From: Maricaulis salignorans
GTDB taxonomy: Bacteria; Pseudomonadota; Alphaproteobacteria; Sphingomonadales; Sphingomonadaceae
Assembly: GCA_943368745.1 (NCBI GenBank)
Contig: CALRLP020000004.1
Location: forward strand, 17,617-81,616
Length of the DNA: 64,000 bases
Direction of reading: 5' to 3'
Translations under genes and position numbers: made by a program
The notes under the pieces: generated by a model
Told to the model about the DNA's origin: nothing
Databases searched by the model: none
Seen by the model: only the letters and a program-made list of their open reading frames with translations
Shown: positions 30,868 through 39,234 of the stretch, piece by piece
Numbering within the stretch: position 1 is the first letter of the stretch
How the letters are laid out: the number at the start of each line of letters is the position of its first letter

Positions 30868-30892
30868 AACGTCGGTCTACGCACTTTGTTCC
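30868..30892 (-). promoter_or_regulatory. Consensus EcfG promoter
   Basis: GGAAC-N16-CGTT, starting 7 nt after the phyR stop. Confidence 0.8.
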
Positions 30893-30899
30893 CAAAAAA

Positions 30900-31682
30900 T
30901 TATGCAACTTCATAATTAATATCGATTTCGCGATGCATCAGCAGTGCTTGGCCAATGGTTGCGATGACCGTTTCGGGTTCAAATGGCTTAGTAATCAAAT
31001 ATGTGGGTTCAGGACGCTCGCCCGTTAAAAGCCTTTCCGGGAACGCCGTAATGAAAATCACCGGCACAGTTTGTTCCGCCAAAATATCCTTTACCGCGTC
31101 GATACCGCTCGAACCGTCGGCGAGGCTGATGTCAGCCAAGACCAGTTCAGGCCGTTCATCGCGTGCCTTTGCAACCGCTTCTGCACGTGTTCGTACAATT
31201 GCGATCGCTTCATGCCCCAGGTTTTCGACGATCTGTTTGATATGCAATGCAATGATCGATTCATCTTCAATGATGAGCACGCGCGCAGCAAGCGCGTCTT
31301 CGATGGCGCTACGCGCGGCAACAACATGGCTGCGTACGTCGGCTGCCGAAATGCCCAATATCTTGGCAACTTCATCGGCCTTAAATCCCTCGACCGTAGA
31401 CAAAAGCAGGCTTTGACGGCGCTTAACTGGAAATTCAGCGATGACACCGCTGCGGCCCCGCGATTCGAGGGGCGCGATCATGTCGCTGTTCCAGATGCGG
31501 TGAAATGTTCTGAACAACTCCGTCTTTACCGGTACTGCGTCATCCCATTCTTCGGGTGCTTCGAGCAACGCTTCGAGCGTTTCCCGGACTGCTGCATCTC
31601 CCAATGTCTGTGATCCCGTCAGGGCACGTGCGTAACGTCGTAGGTATGGCAATTGCGATGCCAGCTGCTGCCTAAATGACAT
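30900..31682 (-). CDS. phyR: Anti-anti-sigma factor / response regulator PhyR
   Basis: N-terminal sigma-like domain (LPYLRRYARALTGSQ) plus C-terminal receiver (IIEDE, LADISLADGSSG, FITAFPERLLTGERPEP, ITKPF). Confidence 0.96.
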   Translation of the reverse strand: MSFRQQLASQLPYLRRYARALTGSQTLGDAAVRETLEALLEAPEEWDDAVPVKTELFRTFHRIWNSDMIAPLESRGRSGVIAEFPVKRRQSLLLSTVEGFKADEVAKILGISAADVRSHVVAARSAIEDALAARVLIIEDESIIALHIKQIVENLGHEAIAIVRTRAEAVAKARDERPELVLADISLADGSSGIDAVKDILAEQTVPVIFITAFPERLLTGERPEPTYLITKPFEPETVIATIGQALLMHREIDINYEVA

Positions 31683-31709
31683 GATTACTCCCTTTGTTAT
31701 TCGATGCTA

Positions 31710-31746
31710 TACGTTTGAAACGCCTTTTTGTTCCCTGCGACGGAAC
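31710..31746. promoter_or_regulatory. Back-to-back EcfG-type promoter elements between phyR and nepR
   Basis: Minus strand GGAAC-N16-CGTA (31710-31734); plus strand GGAAC at 31742-31746 with a poor -10. Confidence 0.55.
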
Positions 31747-31894
31747 ATTATCGCGCGTCGCGACTTAACAGCATATGAAAATGCATCAGTTTCAGCCAAA
31801 TACATGGTTTTAAACCATGGGAATTCCTGCAGGCTATGGTCACCCGAAAGCAGTCAGATTTCCCGATGCAACAAGCACCTGGGAGGGGCAATCA

Positions 31895-32083
31895 GTGAGA
31901 CGCAATAAGGGCAAGCAACCGCTTAACGCGATTGGTGATGATATGGATTCTGAATTTGACCCTTTAACTGCCGCACTGCGTCAAATGCACGACAGTGTTG
32001 CCAATGAACCCATACCTGACGACTTTTTGAACCTGTTGGACATGATTGACGCAAAGATGTCGGCGTCGAAGAAGTTCCAGTGA
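31895..32083 (+). CDS. nepR: Anti-sigma factor NepR
   Basis: LRQMHDSVANEPIPDDFLNLL motif; GTG start after RBS GGAGGG; overlaps ecfG start. Confidence 0.88.
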   Translation: MRRNKGKQPLNAIGDDMDSEFDPLTAALRQMHDSVANEPIPDDFLNLLDMIDAKMSASKKFQ

Positions 32084-32700
32084 GTAGCTCCGCCACGGAG
32101 CCAGTTCCGAAGTCCGAAAAGTCGGATGCTTCGGCTGACTTTCGCGCACAAATGGTCGCGATCATCCCGTCGCTGCGTGCGTTCGCGCGTGGCCTGTGCG
32201 GAAATCGCGAGCTTGCAGACGATCTTGCCCAAGAGGCGATGATGCGGGCTTGGGCTGCCCATGAAAGCTTCACCCCAGGCACCAACTTTCGTGCCTGGAT
32301 GTTCATGATATTGCGCAACCAGTTTTACACGACGATGCGCAAAAATTCGCGCATGACAAGCTGGGATCCGGAGGCAGCAGAGCGACTGCTGGTCGAGGCC
32401 CCGCCGCAACAGCACCACATCCATATGAGCGATGTTGAAAAGGCGCTGCAAAAGTTGCCGGCTGAACAGCGCGAAATATTGATGATCGTCGGTGCAGGTG
32501 GCGCCAGTTATGAAGAGGCAGCGGAAATTACGGGCTGTGCCATCGGAACAGTCAAAAGCCGGCTTGCACGTGGCCGCGTTGCCTTGGCGACGCTTATCAA
32601 CGGTACCGATGCGCCAGCGCGCGTGAAAGCGCCGCCGCGCAAGCGTGCGAACGAACCTGTAAACGACACGCCACATCCAAAGCCAAGCACATTACCATAA
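32080..32700 (+). CDS. ecfG: General stress ECF sigma factor EcfG (SigT/RpoE2 type)
   Basis: IPSLRAFARGLCG, ADDLAQE, PGTNFRAWMFMILRNQF, GTVKSRLARGR; divergent from phyR, fused to nepR operon. Confidence 0.93.
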   Translation: MSSSATEPVPKSEKSDASADFRAQMVAIIPSLRAFARGLCGNRELADDLAQEAMMRAWAAHESFTPGTNFRAWMFMILRNQFYTTMRKNSRMTSWDPEAAERLLVEAPPQQHHIHMSDVEKALQKLPAEQREILMIVGAGGASYEEAAEITGCAIGTVKSRLARGRVALATLINGTDAPARVKAPPRKRANEPVNDTPHPKPSTLP

Positions 32701-32707
32701 ATCGCAT

Positions 32708-34429
32708 TTGCTGAGAGCTGCATTGGCATTTTTCCGACCTTTGACATTGCGGCACGGTTTGATCCTGATCGTGTTCGCAGCCTTGCTACCGGTCGTCGTC
32801 GCGAGTGTTATTCAGGGCTTTTCTGCGCTCAACAGCACGCGCGATATGGCGATGGGACGCCTCAGTGCCCACGCGAGCACGATTGCGGAGCGGCAACGTG
32901 ATCCCTTCATTATTGCGCAACATCTCTTACTGGCGTTGGCTACCAACGCCGACGTTACAAAAATGTCGGGTGGATGTGACGCTGCCCTGCGCGCTTCGCT
33001 TAGCAACTATCGGCCGGTGACCAACCTCGCGCGAACGAGTGCCGATGGTGTCTTACGGTGTTCTGTGCTTCCACATGAAAGGGAAATCAATTTAGCCAAT
33101 GAGGGTTGGTGGCAGCGGGGCGTTCGTGCCAAAGGCATGACCATCACTAAAGCGCCCATTTATGCGCCCCTTGCCCAGCGTAACGTTCTATTCCTCATTC
33201 TTCCGCTACGGACAGCAGACGGGCAGCAAGACGGAACGCTGACGGCGGCGATTGACATAGACTATTTACGTAATGCCCTGTTGAAGGCGCAGGAAGGTAA
33301 GGCAGGCGCAGTCGCCATCGTTACCCGCGATGCGGTTATCGTTGCGCAAGGCAAGCAACGGCTGACCTTCGCGCCCAACCTTGATGCGCGTCAGGATGAG
33401 GCACAGTTAGCGAAAGGGCGCGACGGGACAGAGTGGCTGTACGCCTTCCACAAGCTTTATAGCTCCGAACTCTTTGTCGTGTACGCTGAACCCCGCGTAC
33501 GGGTGATGGCGACCGCTGTCTCGCAAGTGCGTGCAAGCATATTCCTGCCGCTGGTGTCGATCTTGCTTGCTTCACTGGCAATCTGGATCGGGACCAATCG
33601 CCTTGCACTGGTATGGCTTCGCGCATTGCGAAAAGTTGCTGGACGCTTTGCCGGCGGAGACTTCACCGGTGACCGCGCCCGATTCCAAAACGCACCAGAG
33701 GAAATTGCCGCACTCAGCGCCGATTTGCATAGCATGGCAGATGTCATTCACCGGCGAAATAACGATCTGACACATGCCCTTGAGGCCAAAAGCTTGCTCA
33801 CGCGTGAGGTGCACCATCGGGTCAAAAACAACCTTCAAATCATCAACAGTCTACTCACGCTGCAATCCGGACGCGTGCAGGAAGGGGCCGCTAAAGAGGT
33901 ATTGGCGCAGACACGGGCACGTATAAGCGCCTTGGCCCTGATCCACAGGCTCTTATATGAACAGGATAATGGCTACGACCGCGGCGAAGTTGCTATCGAC
34001 AATCTGATGGCGGAACTTTGCACCCAATTGCGCGGGGCAAGTCGCACCTCGCCAAAGGTGGAGTTGACGTGCCACGCCAGCGATTTTCCGGTGCCGGTCG
34101 ATTACGCCGTTCCGCTGACATTGTTTGTCGTAGAAGCCGTCACCAACGCATTCCGCCATGCATTTGCCGCCGGATCCACAGGCGCTGTGACATTGACGTT
34201 TCACTTGGACGGCGACCATGCGATTTTGGACATTTCCGACAATGGTCAGGGCTATGTGGTGAACGACAAAAGCGGCCAAATGGGAATGGAACTGATGCGG
34301 GGATTTGCCACGCAGGTCGATGGTAAGTTGGACATTGCCAGCAATGTCGGCACCGGAACACGTGTGGTTCTGACATTCCTATTGCCACATATGCCCAAAT
34401 CAAACCGCAGCGGTGCGATCACAGCATAG
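32708..34429 (+). CDS. Membrane sensor histidine kinase (HisKA_2 type, periplasmic sensor plus HAMP-like region)
   Basis: Two TM helices; EVHHRVKNNLQII; EAVTNAFRHAF; DNGQG, GTGT. Confidence 0.9.
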   Translation: MLRAALAFFRPLTLRHGLILIVFAALLPVVVASVIQGFSALNSTRDMAMGRLSAHASTIAERQRDPFIIAQHLLLALATNADVTKMSGGCDAALRASLSNYRPVTNLARTSADGVLRCSVLPHEREINLANEGWWQRGVRAKGMTITKAPIYAPLAQRNVLFLILPLRTADGQQDGTLTAAIDIDYLRNALLKAQEGKAGAVAIVTRDAVIVAQGKQRLTFAPNLDARQDEAQLAKGRDGTEWLYAFHKLYSSELFVVYAEPRVRVMATAVSQVRASIFLPLVSILLASLAIWIGTNRLALVWLRALRKVAGRFAGGDFTGDRARFQNAPEEIAALSADLHSMADVIHRRNNDLTHALEAKSLLTREVHHRVKNNLQIINSLLTLQSGRVQEGAAKEVLAQTRARISALALIHRLLYEQDNGYDRGEVAIDNLMAELCTQLRGASRTSPKVELTCHASDFPVPVDYAVPLTLFVVEAVTNAFRHAFAAGSTGAVTLTFHLDGDHAILDISDNGQGYVVNDKSGQMGMELMRGFATQVDGKLDIASNVGTGTRVVLTFLLPHMPKSNRSGAITA

Positions 34430-34460
34430 ACACGCACCGCCGATCACATTGGAGGACATT

Positions 34461-35189
34461 ATGTCAGGGCAGTTTCTCATTCGAAAACTGAACGCTTTCA
34501 TTCCATTAAAGGCAGATGGTGAGCAGGCCATCGACACATTGGCGTCCCGCCGCGTCAAATCCCTTTTACGGGGTCATGATATCATCAGCGAAGGCGAAGA
34601 TCCCAAGACTGTTAATCTCATCGTCGACGGATGGGCGTGCCGATATAAGATCCTCGAAGACGGCCGGCGTCAAATCCTCGCCTTTTTTGTCCCGGGCGAC
34701 CTAGCCGACCTGCATGTCTACATATTGGACGCTATGGACCATTCGATCGGATCGATCACACCGCTGCAATATGCCATGATCAGGCCAGCTGAATTTGAAC
34801 AATTGGGCGACGAACACCCACGGGTGCTTCGGGCGTTGTGGTGGGACTCGTTGCTGTCGGCATCTATACAGCGCGAATGGCTGGTATCGGTTGGTCGACG
34901 AAACGCTGTTGAAAGCCTGGCGCACCTCGCCTGCGAGTTATTTTTACGCCTTAAAATGGTTGGCCTTGCGGAAAATGGACTGTGCCGATTTCCGCTGACG
35001 CAATCGGACATTGGCGATGCGTTGGGGATGACCCAGCCGCATGTTAGCCGGACAATCAAGGATTTGAACGCTACCGGCGTTGCCACCATTCAACGCGGCA
35101 CGTTGCGCGTCAATGATCTCAATGGCCTTCGCAAACTTGCGGTATTTAACCCCAATTACTTGCATCATTTGTACGAAGCGGCGTTATAA
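34461..35189 (+). CDS. Crp/Fnr family transcriptional regulator
   Basis: DGWACRYK..EDGRRQI, VPGD cNMP-fold; LTQSDIGDALGMTQPHVSRT HTH; RBS GGAGG. Confidence 0.9.
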   Translation: MSGQFLIRKLNAFIPLKADGEQAIDTLASRRVKSLLRGHDIISEGEDPKTVNLIVDGWACRYKILEDGRRQILAFFVPGDLADLHVYILDAMDHSIGSITPLQYAMIRPAEFEQLGDEHPRVLRALWWDSLLSASIQREWLVSVGRRNAVESLAHLACELFLRLKMVGLAENGLCRFPLTQSDIGDALGMTQPHVSRTIKDLNATGVATIQRGTLRVNDLNGLRKLAVFNPNYLHHLYEAAL

Positions 35190-35223
35190 AAAAGGGCCCG
35201 CCAGTTTCCTGGCGAACCCTTTT
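35190..35223. terminator. Bidirectional terminator
   Basis: AAAAGGG-CC-CGCCAG-TTTC-CTGGCG-AA-CCCTTTT between convergent genes. Confidence 0.7.
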
Positions 35224-35243
35224 CGACGACCAAACGAACAATT

Positions 35244-35531
35244 TTATTTGTTCTGCTTGTCGGCAGCATCTTCCATGGCATCCGCCTTGGCTTCGCCTTT
35301 TTCACGGACGGCTTGGGCATCCGCTTCCATCTTATTTTCTGTGGTTGAATCCATGCCATCGACTGTCGTGTCAGTCGCGTCAGCTTTTTCTTCCATAGCG
35401 TCAGCCTGAACTTCAGCGTTCTCGCGAACGGCATCTGCCTGATCTTCTTGTGCGTTTTCGGTTGCTCCGTCGCATGCGCCAAGCGTGGCGAGCGACAAAG
35501 AAGCAGCGAGTATCATAATGGACTTTTTCAT
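35244..35531 (-). CDS. Small acidic lipoprotein (stress-associated)
   Basis: LGAC lipobox; repeated ADAVRE/ADAMEE helices; RBS GAGGG. Confidence 0.8.
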   Translation of the reverse strand: MKKSIMILAASLSLATLGACDGATENAQEDQADAVRENAEVQADAMEEKADATDTTVDGMDSTTENKMEADAQAVREKGEAKADAMEDAADKQNK

Positions 35532-35553
35532 AGATATTTCCCTCGTTTAAAAA

Positions 35554-35823
35554 TTAACGGACGCTACCGCGACGTAAGAGATTTACGATCGCCAATAGAA
35601 CTACTGCGCCCAAGAATGACGCGATCAACGACCGGATGTCGAAGGCACCGCTGGTAATTGGCGCGCCACCGATAAGCGGCGTGATGATGAATCCTGCAAG
35701 GAAGGCACCAACAATGCCGACGATGATATTCAGGAAAATGCCTTGTTGACCGTCAGTGCGCATGACGATGCTGGCAAGCCAGCCCAAGATGCCGCCGACA
35801 ACCAAAAGAATGATGATATTCAT
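35554..35823 (-). CDS. GlsB/YeaQ/YmgE family stress membrane protein
   Basis: GGILGWLAS, NIIVGIVGA, FLGAVVLL motifs. Confidence 0.92.
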   Translation of the reverse strand: MNIIILLVVGGILGWLASIVMRTDGQQGIFLNIIVGIVGAFLAGFIITPLIGGAPITSGAFDIRSLIASFLGAVVLLAIVNLLRRGSVR

Positions 35824-35852
35824 GTTCGTTCTCCCTTTCAGAGTGCGGGGAA

Positions 35853-35877
35853 AACAGTGTTCGTGCCGATTGGTTCC
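35853..35877 (-). promoter_or_regulatory. EcfG-type promoter motif
   Basis: GGAAC-N17-GTT upstream of the GlsB-family gene. Confidence 0.7.
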
Positions 35878-35925
35878 AACTTTACGTCCAAATCGTTCAA
35901 TTGCCCTTATTGAACGGCATACAGA

Positions 35926-35950
35926 GGAACCATGCACCTGCCGCCTTGTT
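35926..35950 (+). promoter_or_regulatory. EcfG-type promoter motif
   Basis: GGAAC-N17-GTT upstream of ATG 35993. Confidence 0.7.
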
Positions 35951-35992
35951 GACGATACTCAGCGAACTCAAGTCATCAGGAAAGAGCGCATC

Positions 35993-36457
35993 ATGGCCAA
36001 TTCAGATTCACCGAAGAAGTCGACCAACAATGGTTCAAGCGGATCGCCGCAAGGCACGGCAAGCAGCAGAAGCAAGGCTAGCCAAACGTCACGTCCCAAG
36101 GCGGCAGCCAAATCCACCAAAAGCAGAGCTGCGCGCAGTAATGGTCAATCAAGGCCTCAATTGCCTTCGTGGTTTGGCGCCGTTGCCTCAGTAGTCGGCG
36201 CAGTGGTAGCCGTTGGCGCAGGCCTGTATGCCACCCGCAAGCAGTGGTTGCCGAAGGCCGACGAGTGGAAGAATGATTTTTCCGCAGCCTTCGCACATGA
36301 CGAAACCGACCGAGAGAATTTCGATCAAACCCGCCACGCCGGAACCGAATTCATGCGCGACCATCCCGGTGACGATTGGGAAGATATTGACGATATGTCG
36401 GATGCATCCTTCCCCGCGAGCGACCCACCATCATTCAATCCAGGAACTGCAGGTTGA
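35993..36457 (+). CDS. Hypothetical stress protein with central TM helix and C-terminal SDASFPASDPP motif
   Basis: Basic N-terminus, hydrophobic segment, acidic tail; overlaps SDR start. Confidence 0.7.
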   Translation: MANSDSPKKSTNNGSSGSPQGTASSRSKASQTSRPKAAAKSTKSRAARSNGQSRPQLPSWFGAVASVVGAVVAVGAGLYATRKQWLPKADEWKNDFSAAFAHDETDRENFDQTRHAGTEFMRDHPGDDWEDIDDMSDASFPASDPPSFNPGTAG

Positions 36458-37317
36458 GCGACCACGCCCCAGAACTCGTCCCCGAAGTGCAGGAAGATGC
36501 GCTTCCGGGGCACGAGAGCGAACTAAGCCCGAAGCCCGAGTGGCATCCACGTTATATGGGTTCCGGACGGCTTGCGGGCAAAGTTGCGCTGGTTACCGGC
36601 GGCGACAGTGGCATTGGCCGAGCTGTCGCCGTACTGTATGCGCGCGAAGGTTGCGATGTCGCCATTGTCTATCTGGAAGAACATGACGACGCTGACGTCA
36701 CCGCGCGTGCCATTGAAGCGGAAGGCCGTGCCGCATTAAAATTGCCGGGTGACATCGGCGACCCAGAATTTTGCACGCGTGCGGTGGAAGACACGGTCGC
36801 GCGATTTGGCCGGCTGGATATTCTGGTCAATAATGCCGGCGAGCAGCATCCCGACGACGACATTCGCGACATTACCGAATTGCAGCTGAAGCGGACGTTT
36901 CAAACGAATGTCTATGGCATGTTTTACCTTACGCAAGCCGCCGTCGACCATCTTCCCAAAGGCGGATGCATTATCAATTGCACGAGTGTTACGATGTATG
37001 AGGGCGCCAAAGGGCTGCTCGATTATTCGGCGACAAAGGGTGCGGTCACCGCGTTTACCCGGAGTCTGTCCGAAAATCTCATCGAAAAGGGCATCAGAGT
37101 GAATGCCGTTGCCCCGGGACCCATTTGGACCCCATTAAACCCCATGGGTGGCAGTCCGCCGGAAAAGCTCGCGCATTTCGGTGAAAGCACGCCAATGAAA
37201 CGGCCCGGTCAGCCAAATGAAGTCGCGCCAAGTTTTCTGTTTTTGGCATGTGACGATTCGAGTTACATGTCTGGACAAGTGCTGCACCCCAATGGCGGGA
37301 CCATCGTAAACGGATAA
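36454..37317 (+). CDS. SDR oxidoreductase (general stress protein 39/YdaD-like)
   Basis: TGGDSGIGRA, LVNNAG, DYSATKGA, RVNAVAPGPIWTP, GQPNEVAP. Confidence 0.92.
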   Translation: MSDHAPELVPEVQEDALPGHESELSPKPEWHPRYMGSGRLAGKVALVTGGDSGIGRAVAVLYAREGCDVAIVYLEEHDDADVTARAIEAEGRAALKLPGDIGDPEFCTRAVEDTVARFGRLDILVNNAGEQHPDDDIRDITELQLKRTFQTNVYGMFYLTQAAVDHLPKGGCIINCTSVTMYEGAKGLLDYSATKGAVTAFTRSLSENLIEKGIRVNAVAPGPIWTPLNPMGGSPPEKLAHFGESTPMKRPGQPNEVAPSFLFLACDDSSYMSGQVLHPNGGTIVNG

Positions 37318-37366
37318 GTCAAAACAGGGCTGTGCAGTTACTCTGCGCAGCCCTGTTGGTTTTGAC
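37318..37366. terminator. Bidirectional terminator hairpin
   Basis: AACAGGGCTG...CAGCCCTGTT stem with outer GTCAAAAC/GTTTTGAC. Confidence 0.7.
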
Positions 37367-37369
37367 GCC

Positions 37370-37540
37370 CTAATCGGGATCGGTAACCGGCGATTCCATT
37401 GGCGTTTCGTTCGGAATGCTTCCGGGAAAATCGGTATCGCCTTGATCCGGGGAGACTTCATCTGGCGAAGTACCCGGCACCTCATTTGGTGGGCTATATG
37501 GTTTTGGATCGGGATCGATCAGATTTACAATATTGGTCAT
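37370..37540 (-). CDS. Small acidic Pro-rich protein (56 aa)
   Basis: RBS GGAGG before ATG 37540; MTNIVNLIDPDPKPYSPPNEVPG... Confidence 0.55.
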   Translation of the reverse strand: MTNIVNLIDPDPKPYSPPNEVPGTSPDEVSPDQGDTDFPGSIPNETPMESPVTDPD

Positions 37541-37618
37541 AGGGCCTCCAAATACACAAGGAACATGGCAACAACCACAAGGGTCAGCGCCAGCAGTCAG
37601 AACGTATCGCACGCTCAT
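37537..37618 (-). pseudogene. Small membrane-peptide gene apparently broken by a 1-nt insertion
   Basis: RBS GGAGAGG plus ATG 37618; removing base 37597 gives MSVRYVLLLALTLVVVAMFLVYLEAL* whose stop overlaps the next ATG (ATGA). Confidence 0.45.
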
Positions 37619-37650
37619 GCCGCCTCTCCGCACATGCTGCACCTTGGGAT

Positions 37651-37675
37651 AACGCCTGAAAGTCAGCTTGGTTCA
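37651..37675 (-). promoter_or_regulatory. EcfG-type promoter motif
   Basis: TGAAC-N16-CGTT upstream of ATG 37618. Confidence 0.55.
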
Positions 37676-37691
37676 AAACTGGATAGAATTG

Positions 37692-38678
37692 CTAAGCTGC
37701 TTCCGCGCAAATGAGCGCAAGCAACCGTTGCTCTGACGCCGTCAGGCCCTTTGTACGGCGTTTGGTGAGCGACGCCAACTGCACAGCAGCGTCCTTTGAT
37801 GCCGCAATGTCCAGCACCGCCGGGTGGACATAGCTTTTGCGCGCGATGGCTGGCGTATTCCAAAGCACTGCCGATGCCGCGGCACAGGCGACCTTGATCG
37901 ACGGCTTGTCGGATTTGCGAAGGGCCTCAAGCGCGGCCACGCTGCCGTGCCACGTCCGAAACATCTTGGCGCTGATATATTCGTTCTTTGAACAGGTTTT
38001 TAGCCAGCCGTTTACATCGCCACTGTCCAACGGATGCACCGCGCCGTCGGCGCCAATATATTGGAACAGCCGCTTGCCGGGCAGATCGTGGATTTTCTCC
38101 AATATGCGTTGCAGCCTTTTATCGCTGACGCTGCACCGCACTTGCTTGCCACCCTTTGCGGTAAAACGCAGCTTCAGCTGGTTCCGTTCGTAACGGATAT
38201 TGCGCAACATCAATGTCGTCGCGCCTTGACTGCTACGTGACCGGCCTCCTATCCGGATCGCGGTATGGTCAAGCAAGCGCACAACCGCCGCTGTCGCGAC
38301 CTCCTTGGCAAAAACGTCATTTTGCTTCGCGCCGTTCAATATTGTTTCCACCGCCCGCCGGATGTGCGGCAATGCACGACCAAAGCCGTAAAGCTGGTCA
38401 AATTTGGCCTCGCTGCGGGTTTCGCTCCACAAGGCATGATAGCGATATTGCTTGCGATTTGCTTCGTCTAATCCCGTGGCCTGAATATGCCCATTTTCGT
38501 CCGCGCATATCCAGACATCACGATATGCAGGCGGAACAGCGAGCGCGTTAATGCGGGCGAGGTCAGCCTCAGCCGAAATCGCATTGCCGTCTGGACCAAG
38601 GTAGCGAAAGCCCTTCCCGCGCTTTATGCGGGCGATGCCGGGTTCGGAATCGGATACGTAAATGAGCCCGGCATGCAT
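37692..38678 (-). CDS. Bacterial DNA topoisomerase IB
   Basis: VPPAYRDVWI, GHIQATGLD..NRKQYRYH, IRIG, FTAKGG, AKMFRTW, NTPAIARKSYVHP with catalytic Tyr. Confidence 0.93.
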   Translation of the reverse strand: MHAGLIYVSDSEPGIARIKRGKGFRYLGPDGNAISAEADLARINALAVPPAYRDVWICADENGHIQATGLDEANRKQYRYHALWSETRSEAKFDQLYGFGRALPHIRRAVETILNGAKQNDVFAKEVATAAVVRLLDHTAIRIGGRSRSSQGATTLMLRNIRYERNQLKLRFTAKGGKQVRCSVSDKRLQRILEKIHDLPGKRLFQYIGADGAVHPLDSGDVNGWLKTCSKNEYISAKMFRTWHGSVAALEALRKSDKPSIKVACAAASAVLWNTPAIARKSYVHPAVLDIAASKDAAVQLASLTKRRTKGLTASEQRLLALICAEAA

Positions 38679-38697
38679 GTTGGCAGCAATGTTCGCT

Positions 38698-39159
38698 TTA
38701 ATAAAATTGGCCGCGAATGGCGCCATTTGGAAAATCGGACGTATTCACTTGAATATAATAGGCACCAGACGCGTTTTCGATCCGGTCCTCAAGCCATTCG
38801 CTACGACCCACGCAGTTCTTCCAGCCACCTTCAATGGCTGCGTTCATGCGGATAACGACCTGACCCGTTCGCCCTTTTGCGCCGCGATATATGGCCGCTG
38901 ACGTTATCGTACCAATGCCTTGAACGTCGTTGAGGTCATAACATATCTGGTTCGCTTCATCCGACACGCTTAATTCCGCTTTTGCATAGCCATCGGTATC
39001 GCCGCGCGCGCCAACAACTTCTGCACCGGTCAAGCTTGCCCGCTTCGTTTCGGACACGGCCTCCGCGACACTTTCTTCCAACGTCGCACAGCCGCTCAAC
39101 CCGATCGCCAGAATGGGCGCCCAAATATGGATCGATTTCCAGTTTTGAATTTTCGACAT
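38698..39159 (-). CDS. CHRD-domain lipoprotein
   Basis: LSGC lipobox; ASLTGAEVV, ICY.L, C-terminal FPNGAIRGQ; RBS AGGAG. Confidence 0.8.
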   Translation of the reverse strand: MSKIQNWKSIHIWAPILAIGLSGCATLEESVAEAVSETKRASLTGAEVVGARGDTDGYAKAELSVSDEANQICYDLNDVQGIGTITSAAIYRGAKGRTGQVVIRMNAAIEGGWKNCVGRSEWLEDRIENASGAYYIQVNTSDFPNGAIRGQFY

Positions 39160-39209
39160 GCTCAGTCTCCTTTTGTGGCGCAACCGGATTGGTCCGGAAC
39201 TGACCTCAA

Positions 39210-39234
39210 AACCGGAGAGCAAGGCGAATGTTCC
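39210..39234 (-). promoter_or_regulatory. EcfG-type promoter motif for the CHRD-TopIB operon
   Basis: GGAAC-N17-GTT about 50 nt upstream of ATG 39159. Confidence 0.65.

Noticed and set aside
30696-30884. 62-aa ORF covering the sRNA candidate
   Set aside because: Its start lies inside the EcfG promoter spacer with no RBS, and it reads through a terminator; the RNA interpretation fits better.
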